NCBI GenBank assembly: GCA_048128005.1
Contig: JBEUKZ010000068.1
Location: 124,001 to 188,000, forward strand
From: Veleropilina oligotropha
Lineage: Eukaryota
Direction of reading: 5' to 3'
Length of the DNA: 64,000 nt
The translations under genes were made by a program, and so were the position numbers. The notes beneath the pieces are model-generated. The model saw only the letters and a program-made list of their open reading frames with translations. It was not told the DNA's origin and made no database searches. This document shows, in pieces, positions 41,001-53,000 of this stretch. Each line of letters begins with the position of its first letter. Position 1 is the stretch's first letter.

Positions 41001-44000
41001 GGCTTTTTAGCAGTCCAGATTCTATGAGGAATGCGAGCAGAGGCGTCGGGGCCCAACTCATTTCTGCAAAGTGCTTTCCGAACCAGGCGGGAATGACGGG
41101 GTGGATGTCTTGTGCGAACTCCCATTCCACGACCTCGGCAAACCCGGTACCGATTTCTCGGGGTAGAGGACCGTTAATTGCGACCCGGGTCATGCTGTGG
41201 GTTGGGTGTCCGAATCTTTCGAAATAGGGCTTAGCCTCGCCCTTCCCCAGAAAGCTTGCAGGGTAGCAGGCTTTCATATCGATGCAGCAGACATCGCCCG
41301 TGTCGTAATTCATGGAATTCCACAGGCCGCCGTGGCCATGCTCTACGCAGGCCTTCTGGATATCATCGAGCAGGCCCGCTGGGGTAGGTTTCCAGCCGTT
41401 GGTCTCTTTAGCCATAATGCTAGCTGCATGGTTCACGCCAAAGGCTCGATCGGCTAGGGACTCGTTTCCCAGCGCTGTACAGGCTTCTTGGAGTATCTCG
41501 TGAGTCTCTTTTGTCCTGTACGTGCGGCCGTCCTGAAGCACGAACTGGTCCACGCCGAGCTGTCGGTCTTTACCGCCTAGGAGCCAGACAGCCAATGGCT
41601 CATTCTGTGTGGCTTGTCGAATAGCTTCCCAGACATCGCCCTCATACAGGTGGACCTCTCTACTTTGCGGGAAGTGTAGGTCCTTCGACCAGGCGTGGCC
41701 GTTGTGACAGATGAGTTCTATGGACTTCCACATACTGGCCTGGTATTTCCCACTGTTGTAGATGTCCTCGCCGGCAATGTCTCTCAAGGTGATCGCCCGT
41801 TTGAGGATCTTCTCGAGGGTAGCTATATCATCCACAGTGGCGCCTGTTACATGAACTCGCTCTTCCCACTCCAGTATTTTCTGCCGCCTTGTCGGGGTGA
41901 GTCCGTGTCCTCTAAGGGCACCTTCGAAGTGCTCAACCACTCGTTGGGCAACGCAGTTGAGGTCGCCGTTCTTCATCGGAACCAGGTTGGCGGGGTTTGG
42001 TTCTCTGAGAGGATAGACGCCGTAGACGACTGCAGTGACCGGGTAGGCATTCTCGTAGTAGACCTTGTCGACCCCAGTGATAGCACCCGGCTTAGTGTCC
42101 TGAGAGATCTCAAAGACACCCTGGCCCTTCTTCCTCGCAGCTTTCACCGGGTCAAACTTGTCTTCGACCACCCAGTCACCTTCACCCCACTCACGCAAGA
42201 ACTTTATTCTAAGGACATACTCGCCCTTTGGAAGGGCTGTGAGGAGCTGTGCCGCCCTTGCATCTGTCATACGGGCATCCAGGGCCAGCCGTCCAGCCAC
42301 TTCTACCCTCCATGTGGAGAAAGCCGCCGCGGCGCCATCGACCTCAAACTCGTCTTTGGCGTCGCTCAAGAGTTCCACCCATGGCTCTTTTGCTGGGAGC
42401 CTTACTGGGGGAGGGACCTGGTCATCCAGGTCGATGAATCGTTGTCCCTCGGGTGTGGTAAATTGCCCTAGAAGATCCTTCTGGTAGTCCTGGGCTGTCC
42501 GGGGCGTTTTGGAGATGAGAAGATCGGGCCCCTTCCGAGCAATAGCATGGGCAAGGGTCTCTTTCCGAGACCGCTTGACGATTCGATCCGCGATGGCGCG
42601 AAGTGGCTTCAGTCGAATCCTGGGATTTTTCTCAGCCTGGGATTCGTATTTACGAGCCTGCAGGGCGGCGTCGACCTCGTCCTTAATCTGCCGCAACTCG
42701 CGAGCACGTCGGCCTCTTTTGTGGGGGTTCTCCACATCTCCACGTATGGAGGGGAACCTTCCCGTTTTCATCGCCCGCTCGAGTCTGCTCCGAAACTCCG
42801 CAGCACGGACCCTGGCGATTGCCCTGATGAGGTCGTGCTTCTTGAGCTTCGACCGAGCGGGAATCCCATAATCTTTCGCTAGATTGCGCAGGTCATCCAT
42901 GTTGCTGGGGGGGTACACACTAGGATCTTTACTTCTCTAATATGAAATTTACGCGTGGTAAATTGCAGCCATGCGGAGAAACTCTCTCTCGAAGGCCCTT
43001 TTCTTTCGTTGCCAGTCCATACCGTTCTCACTCTTATACCCACAGCCCTTACACAACGTAAGCCGGTTGAAAACGCCCTTCCCGCATTTGCTGCAGGGTT
43101 TTGTGCCCCGGCCATTTCGCCGTTGCCGAGCCAGATGGACTTTGCAATACGTGTTCAGACATCTCTTACCACATAGCTCCGTGGAGCTGATGGTGAGCCA
43201 TTGACAGGTGTCCGTTCCCCACATATTGATAGCGGTTATCATTGTATATACCAGTCTCTAATAGATATTATGACACTAAGATATCGAGCCCGGTGCACGG
43301 TGAGAAATAACCGGCATGTTAGACGTTGTGTAGTTATACTTGAAAGCAACATGCCACAGGAAGACATTATTACGCTGTACAGCGAACGGAGCTTCAGGCG
43401 CGTTAAAAACCTCTTAAACCGGGGCTATAACGTTTTGATCGTTGTACTCGACAATGGTGAACAAGCGATATATAAGAAGAAGACCAAAGACGGTAGAAAG
43501 GGAGTTGCACGAAATCAAACTCACCCCCCCTGCTACTGCTCGCATAACTGAGGAGCCCGGGCCGGCGAGGGTAGTGGGCCGTCCCTGGGGGCTCTATGTC
43601 GCTGTACACACGGTAACTTTTTTGTAATACACGATATACCCTGGGGTCTGAAATATAGCTGGGAGCCCCCACAGTGGCCGCCCCGCCCCTAGTCTATACT
43701 CCATAGCCCTCCTCAGTAATACCAGCTCGGTTCTGAAATGGTGCTGGGCGCTGTATTTTCCCATTCTAAAAAGTCTACTGACCCCCCCTGCTGCTGAGTT
43801 GAGATCCATATTAATTCTGAAAAGTGCTGGGAGCCTTAATTTCCCTCGCCGCACCCCCAGATAAAAGGTATGGTCACCCCCCCCGGAACAGGTGCTGGGC
43901 GCTGTATTTTCCCATTATAAAAGGTATGATCACCCCTGCTGCTGAGTTGAGATCCATATTAATTCTGAAAAGTGCTGGGAGCCTTAATTTCCCTCGCCGC

Positions 44001-47000
44001 ACCCCCAGATAAAAGGTATGGTCACCCCCCCTGCTGCTGCCCTTAATAACAACACTCCGGTCTAATATAGCGCATTATTACGCGAATGTCTCAATGCGCT
44101 GAATAACAACACTCTGGTCTAATATAGCGCATTATTATGCGAATGTCTCAATGCGCTGAATAACAACACTCTGGTCTAATATAGCGCATTATTATGCGAA
44201 TGTCTCAATGTGCTGAATAACAACACTCTGGTCTTACTTAGCGCATTATTACGCTAATGTCACAATGCGCTGAATAACAAACCTCCCGTCTTATGTGGCG
44301 CGGTATTACGCTAATGTCAGGTCATATACAGCGCATTATTACGCTAATGTCACAATGCGCTGAATAACAAACCTCCGGTCTAATATAGCACGTTATTACG
44401 CTAATGTCAGGTCATATACAGCGCATTATTACGCTAATGTCTCAATTTGCTGAGTACCAAACCTCTGGTCCAATATAGCGCATTATTACGCTAATGTCAG
44501 GTCATATACAGCGCATTATTACGCTAATGTCTCAATTTGCTGAGTACCAAAACTCTGGTCCAATATAGCACGTTATTACGCTAATGTCTCAATGTGCTGA
44601 ATAACCACACTCCGGTCATATATAGCGCATTATTACGCTAATGTTTCAATGCGCTGAATAACAACACTCTGGTCTTATGTAGCACATTATTACGCGTATA
44701 TCCCAATGCGCTGAATAACAACACTCAGGTCTTAAGTAGCCCATTATTACGCTAATGTCACAATGCGCTGAATAACAAACCTCCCGTCTTATGTAGCGCG
44801 GTATTGCGCTAATGTCACAATGCGCTGAATAACAAACCTCCGGTCTAATATGGCGCATTATTACGCTAATGTCTCAAAGCACGGAATAACAACACTCCGG
44901 TCTAATATAGCGCATTATTACGCTAATATCTCAATGCACTGAATAACAACACCCGGGTCTTATATAGCGCGTTATTACGCTACAAACCTCCGGTCTAATA
45001 TAGCGCATTATTATGCTAATATATCAATGCGTTGAATAACAACACCCGGGTCTTATATAGCGCGTTATTACGCTAATGTCTCAACTCAATGCGCTGAATA
45101 ACAACACTCTGGTCTTATGTAGCCCATTATTACGCTAATGTCACAATGCGCTGAATAACAAACCTCCCGTCTTATGTAGCGCGGTATTGCGCTAATGTCA
45201 CAATGCGCTGAATAACAAACCTCCGGTCTAATATGGCGCATTATTACGCTAATGTCTCAAAGCACGGAATAACACTCCGGTCTAATAGAGCGCATTATTA
45301 CGCTAATATCTCAATGCACTGAATAACAACACCCGGGTCTTATATAGCACGTTATTACGCTAATGTCTCAATGTGCTGAATAACAACACTCCGGTCATAT
45401 ATAGCGCATAATTACGCTAATGGTTCAATGCGCTAAATAACAACACTCTGATCTTATGTAGCACATCATTACGCTAATGTCACAATGCGCTGAATAACAA
45501 ACCTCCGGTCTAATATAACGCATTATTATGCTAATATATCAAAGCGTTGAATAACAGCACCCGGGTCTTATATAGCGCGTTATTACGCTAATGTCTCAAC
45601 TCAATGCGCTGAATAACAACACTCTGGTCTTATGTAGCACATTATTACGCTAATGCCTCAATGCACTGAATAACAAACCTCCGGTCTTATGTAACTCATT
45701 ATTACGCAAATGTCTCAATGCGCTGAATAACAACACTCTGATGTTATGTAATGCATTATTACGCTAATGTCTCAGTCCGCGGAATAACAACACTCTGGTC
45801 TTATGTAGCGCATTATTACGCTAATGTCTCAATGCCCTGAATAACAACACTCCAGTCATATACAGCGCGTTTTTGCGCTAATGTCTCAATGCGCTGAATA
45901 ACAAAACTCTGGTCTAATATAGCGCATTATTACGCAAATGTCTCAATGCGCTGAGTAACTACACTCCAGTCTAATATAGCGCATTATTACGCTAATGTCT
46001 CAATGCCCTGAATAACAACACTCCGCTCTAATGTAGCGCATTATTAAGCTAATGTCCCAATGCGCTGAATAACAACACTCCGGTCTTATATTGCGCATTA
46101 TTACGCTAATGTCTGAATGCGCTGAATAACAACACTCCGGTCTAATGTAGCGCATTATTACGCTAATGTCTCAATGCGCTGAATAACAAACCTCCTGTCC
46201 TATACAGCACATTATTACGCTAATGTCTCAATGCGCTGAATAACAACATTCTGGTCTAATATAGCGCATTATTACGCTGTCTCCATGGACTGAATAACAA
46301 CACTCAAGTCATATAAAGCGCTAATGACTCAATGTGCTGAATAACAAACCTCCGGTCTTATATTGCGCATTATTACGCTAATGTCCCAATGCGCTGAATA
46401 ACAAACCTCTGGTCTAATATAGCGCATTATTACGCTAATGTCTCAATGCGCTGAATAACAACACCCGGGTCTTATATAGCGCGTTATTACGCTAATGTCT
46501 CAACTCAATGCGCTGAATAACAACACTCTGGTCTTATTTAGCGCATTATTACGCTAATGTCCCAATGCGCTGAATAACAAACCTCCGGTCTATTATATCA
46601 CGTTATTATGCTAATGTCTCAATGTGCTGAATAACCACACTCCGGTCATATATAACGCATTATTACGCTGTTTCAATGCGCTGAATAACAACACTCTGGT
46701 CTTATGTAGCGCATTATTACGCTAATGTCCCAATGCGCTGAATAACAACACTCTGGTCTTATGTAGCGCATTATTACGCTAATGTCTCAATGCGCTGAAT
46801 AACAACACTCTGGTCTTATGTAGCGCATTATTACGCTAATGTTTCAATGCGCTGAATAACAACACTCTGGTCTTATGTAGCGCATTATTACGCTAATGTT
46901 TCAATGCGCTGAATAACAACACCCTGGTCTTATGTAGGGCATTATTACGCTAATGCCTCAATGCACTGAATAACAACACTCTGGTCTTATGTAACGCATT

Positions 47001-50000
47001 ATTACGCTAATGTCCCAATGCACTGAATAAAACACTCTGGTCTTATGTAGCGCATTATTACGCTAATGTCTCAATGCACTGAATAACAACACTCTGGTCT
47101 TATGTAGCGCATTATTACGCTAATGTTTCAATGCGCTGAATAACAACACTCTGGTCTTATGTAGCGCATTATTACGCTAATGCCTCAATGCACTGAATAA
47201 CAACACTCTGGTCTTATGTAGCGCATTATTACGCTAATGTCCGAATGCGCTGAACAACAACACTCTGGTCTTATGTAGCGCATTATTACGCTAATGTTTC
47301 AATGCGCTGAATAGCAACACTCTGGTCTTATGTAGCGCATTATTACGCTAATGCCTCAATGCACTGAATAACAACACTCTGGTCTTATGTAGCGCATTAT
47401 TACGCTAATGTCCCAATGCGCTGAATAACAACACTCTGGTCTTATATAGCGCATTATTACGCTAATGTCCCAATGCACTGAATAACAACCCTCTGGTCTT
47501 ATGTAGCGCATTATTACGCTAATGTCCCAATGGGCTGAATAACAACACTCTGGTTTTATGTAGCGCATTATTACGCTGATGTCCCAATGCACTGAATAAC
47601 AACACTCTGGTCTTATGTAGCGCATTATTACGCTAATGTTTCAATGCGCTCAATAACAACACTCTGGTCTTATGTAGCGCATTATTACGCTAATGTCTCA
47701 ATGTGCTGAATAACCACACTCCGGTCATATATAGCGCATTATTACGCTAATGGCTCAATGCGCTGAATAACAACACTCCGGTCTAATATAGCGCATTACT
47801 ACGCGAATGACTCAATGTGCTGAATAACAACACTCTGGTCTTATGTAGCGCATTATTACGCTAATGCCTCAATGCACTGAATAACAACACTCTGGTCTTA
47901 TGTAGCGCATTATTACGCTAATGTCCCAATGCGCTGAATAACAACACTCTGGTCTTATGTAGCGATTTATTACGCTAATGTCTCAATGCGTTGAATAACA
48001 ACACTCTGGTCTTATGTAGCGCATTATTACGCTAATGTCCCAATGCACTGAATAACAACACTCTGGTCTTATGTAGCGCATTATTACGCTAATGTCTCAA
48101 TGCACTGAATAACAACACTCTGGTCTTATGTAGCGCATTATTACGCTAATGTCCCAATGCACTGTATAATAACACTCTGGTCTTATGTAGCGCATTATTA
48201 CGCTAATGTCTCAATGCACTGAATAACAACACTCTGGTCTTATGTAGCGCATTATTACGCTAATGCCTCAATGCACTGAATAACAACACTCTGGTCTTAT
48301 GTAGCGCATTATTACGCTAATGTCCCAATGCACTGAATAACAACACTCTGGTCTTATGTAGCGCATTATTACGCTAATGTCTCAATGCACTGAATAACAA
48401 CACTCTGGTCTTGTGTAGCGCATTATTACGCTAATGTCCCAATGCACTGAATAACAACACTCTGGTCTTATGTAGCGCATTATTACGCTAATGTCCCAAT
48501 GCGTTGAATAACAAACCTCCAGTCTTATATAGCGCATTATTACGCTAATGTCTCAATGCACTGAATAACAAACCTCCGGTCTAATATAGCGCATTATTAC
48601 GCAAATGTCCCAATGCACTGAATAACAACACTCTGGTCTTATGTAGCACATTATTACGCTAATGTCCCAATGCGCTGAATAACAACACTCTGGTCTTATG
48701 TAGCGCATTATTACGCTAATGTCTCAATGCGTTGAATAGCAACACTCTGGTCTTATGTAGCACATTATTACGCTAATGTCCCAATGCACTGAATAACAAC
48801 ACTCAGGTCTTACGTAGCGCAATATTATGCTAATGTCTCAATGCGCTGAATAACAATACTCAGGTTTTATGTAGCTCATTATTACGCTAATGTCCCATTG
48901 CGCTGAATAACTACATTCTGATCTTATGTAGCGCATTACTACGCTAATGTCCCAATGCGCTAATAACAACACTCAGGTCTTAAGTAGCGCATTATTATGC
49001 TAATGTCACAATGCGCTGAATAACAAACCTCCGGTCTTATGTAGCGTGTTATTGCGCTAATGTCTCAATGCGTTGAATAACAAACCTCCGGTCTAATATA
49101 GCGCATTATTACGCTAATGTCTCAATGCACTGAATAACAACACTCCGGTCTAATATAGTGCATTATTATGTTAATATATCAATGCGTTGAATAACAACAC
49201 TCTGGTCTTATGTAGCCCATTATTACGCTAATGTCACAATGCGCTGAATAACAAACCTCCCGTCTTATGTAGCGCGGTATTGCGCTAATGTCACAATGCG
49301 CTGAATAACAAACCTCCGGTCTAATATGGCGCATTATTACGCTAATGTCTCAAAGCACGGAATAACACTCCGGTCTAATAGAGCGCATTATTACGCTAAT
49401 ATCTCAATGCACTGAATAACAACACCCGGGTCTTATATAGCACGTTATTACGCTAATGTCTCAATGTGCTGAATAACAACACTCCGGTCATATATAGCGC
49501 ATAATTACGCTAATGGTTCAATGCGCTAAATAACAACACTCTGATCTTATGTAGCACATCATTACGCTAATGTCACAATGCGCTGAATAACAAACCTCCG
49601 GTCTAATATAACGCATTATTATGCTAATATATCAAAGCGTTGAATAACAGCACCCGGGTCTTATATAGCGCGTTATTACGCTAATGTCTCAACTCAATGC
49701 GCTGAATAACAACACTCTGGTCTTATGTAGCACATTATTACGCTAATGCCTCAATGCACTGAATAACAAACCTCCGGTCTTATGTAACTCATTATTACGC
49801 AAATGTCTCAATGCGCTGAATAACAACACTCTGATGTTATGTAATGCATTATTACGCTAATGTCTCAGTCCGCGGAATAACAACACTCTGGTCTTATGTA
49901 GCGCATTATTACGCTAATGTCTCAATGCCCTGAATAACAACACTCCAGTCATATACAGCGCGTTTTTGCGCTAATGTCTCAATGCGCTGAATAACAAAAC

Positions 50001-53000
50001 TCTGGTCTAATATAGCGCATTATTACGCAAATGTCTCAATGCGCTGAGTAACTACACTCCAGTCTAATATAGCGCATTATTACGCTAATGTCTCAATGCC
50101 CTGAATAACAACACTCCGCTCTAATGTAGCGCATTATTAAGCTAATGTCCCAATGCGCTGAATAACAACACTCCGGTCTTATATTGCGCATTATTACGCT
50201 AATGTCTGAATGCGCTGAATAACAACACTCCGGTCTAATGTAGCGCATTATTACGCTAATGTCTCAATGCGCTGAATAACAAACCTCCTGTCCTATACAG
50301 CACATTATTACGCTAATGTCTCAATGCGCTGAATAACAACATTCTGGTCTAATATAGCGCATTATTACGCTGTCTCCATGGACTGAATAACAACACTCAA
50401 GTCATATAAAGCGCTAATGACTCAATGTGCTGAATAACAAACATCCGGTCTTATATTGCGCATTATTACGCTAATGTCCCAATGCGCTGAATAACAAACC
50501 TCTGGTCTAATATAGCGCATTATTACGCTAATGTCTCAATGCGCTGAATAACAACACCCGGGTCTTATATAGCGCGTTATTACGCTAATGTCTCAACTCA
50601 ATGCGCTGAATAACAACACTCTGGTCTTATTTAGCGCATTATTACGCTAATGTCCCAATGCGCTGAATAACAAACCTCCGGTCTATTATATCACGTTATT
50701 ATGCTAATGTCTCAATGTGCTGAATAACCACACTCCGGTCATATATAGCGCATTATTACGCTGTTTCAATGCGCTGAATAACAACACTCTGGTCTTATGT
50801 AGCGCATTATTACGCTAATGTCCCAATGCGCTGAATAACAACACTCTGGTCTTATGTAGCGCATTATTACGCTAATGTCTCAATGCGCTGAATAACAACA
50901 CTCTGGTCTTATGTAGCGCATTATTACGCTAATGTTTCAATGCGCTGAATAACAACACTCTGGTCTTATGTAGCGCATTATTACGCTAATGTTTCAATGC
51001 GCTGAATAACAACACCCTGGTCTTATGTAGGGCATTATTACGCTAATGCCTCAATGCACTGAATAACAACACTCTGGTCTTATGTAACGCATTATTACGC
51101 TAATGTCCCAATGCACTGAATAAAACACTCTGGTCTTATGTAGCGCATTATTACGCTAATGTCTCAATGCACTGAATAACAACACTCTGGTCTTATGTAG
51201 CGCATTATTACGCTAATGTTTCAATGCGCTGAATAACAACACTCTGGTCTTATGTAGCGCATTATTACGCTAATGCCTCAATGCACTGAATAACAACACT
51301 CTGGTCTTATGTAGCGCATTATTACGCTAATGTCCCAATGCACTGAATAACAACACTCTGGTCTTATGTAGCGCATTATTACGCTAATGTCCGAATGCGC
51401 TGAACAACAACACTCTGGTCTTATGTAGCGCATTATTACGCTAATGTTTCAATGCGCTGAATAACAACACTCTGGTCTTATGTAGCGCATTATTACGCTA
51501 ATGCCTCAATGCACTGAATAACAACACTCTGGTCTTATGTAGCGCATTATTACGCTAATGTCCCAATGCGCTGAATAACAACACTCTGGTCTTATATAGC
51601 GCATTATTACGCTAATGTCCCAATGCACTGAATAACAACACTCTGGTCTTATGTAGCGCATTATTACGCTAATGTCCCAATGGGCTGAATAACAACACTC
51701 TGGTTTTATGTAGCGCATTATTACGCTAATGTCCCAATGCACTGAATAACAACACTCTGGTCTTATGTAGCGCATTATTACGCTAATGTTTCAATGCGCT
51801 CAATAACAACACTCTGGTCTTATGTAGCGCATTATTACGCTAATGTCTCAATGTGCTGAATAACCACACTCCGGTCATATATAGCGCATTATTACGCTAA
51901 TGGCTCAATGCGCTGAATAACAACACTCCGGTCTAATATAGCGCATTACTACGCGAATGACTCAATGTGCTGAATAACAACACTCTGGTCTTATGTAGCG
52001 CATTATTACGCTAATGCCTCAATGCACTGAATAACAACACTCTGGTCTTATGTAGCGCATTATTACGCTAATGTCCCAATGCGCTGAATAACAACACTCT
52101 GGTCTTATGTAGCGATTTATTACGCTAATGTCTCAATGCGTTGAATAACAACACTCTGGTCTTATGTAGCGCATTATTACGCTAATGTCCCAATGCACTG
52201 AATAACAACACTCTGGTCTTATGTAGCGCATTATTACGCTAATGTCTCAATGCACTGAATAACAACACTCTGGTCTTATGTAGCGCATTATTACGCTAAT
52301 GTCCCAATGCACTGTATAATAACACTCTGGTCTTATGTAGCGCATTATTACGCTAATGTCTCAATGCACTGAATAACAACACTCTGGTCTTATGTAGCGC
52401 ATTATTACGCTAATGCCTCAATGCACTGAATAACAACACTCTGGTCTTATGTAGCGCATTATTACGCTAATGTCCCAATGCACTGAATAACAACACTCTG
52501 GTCTTATGTAGCGCATTATTACGCTAATGTCTCAATGCACTGAATAACAACACTCTGGTCTTGTGTAGCGCATTATTACGCTAATGTCCCAATGCACTGA
52601 ATAACAACACTCTGGTCTTATGTAGCGCATTATTACGCTAATGTCCCAATGCGTTGAATAACAAACCTCCAGTCTTATATAGCGCATTATTACGCTAATG
52701 TCTCAATGCACTGAATAACAAACCTCCGGTCTAATATAGCGCATTATTACGCAAATGTCCCAATGCACTGAATAACAACACTCTGGTCTTATGTAGCACA
52801 TTATTACGCTAATGTCCCAATGCGCTGAATAACAACACTCTGGTCTTATGTAGCGCATTATTACGCTAATGTCTCAATGCGTTGAATAGCAACACTCTGG
52901 TCTTATGTAGCACATTATTACGCTAATGTCCCAATGCACTGAATAACAACACTCAGGTCTTACGTAGCGCAATATTATGCTAATGTCTCAATGCGCTGAA

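Larger units (their letters stand above)
27855..44038. mobile_element. Full-length Polinton/Maverick-like (adintovirus-like) endogenous dsDNA virus, 16,184 bp
   Basis: Terminal inverted repeats begin AGCAGCAG and end CTGCTGCT. GCCCT is duplicated on both flanks. The interior is GC-rich, intronless and gene-dense, encoding integrase, capsid-like proteins, packaging ATPase and a PolB-derived protein. Confidence 0.95.

Noticed and set aside
29708..42882. Numerous antisense or alternate-frame ORFs (e.g. 41695-42471, 33681-34268, 36457-36990, 30277-30588)
   Set aside because: Shadows of longer motif-bearing genes in GC-rich DNA; mostly non-ATG starts and no motifs
43594..44012. ORFs inside the right TIR
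   Set aside because: Lie in repeated terminal sequence; no coding signal
27855..44038. Bacterial prophage or contaminant contig (GC-rich, intronless, overlapping genes)
   Set aside because: TIRs, TSD, RVE integrase and Polinton-type capsid module, with clean junctions into a host satellite and intron
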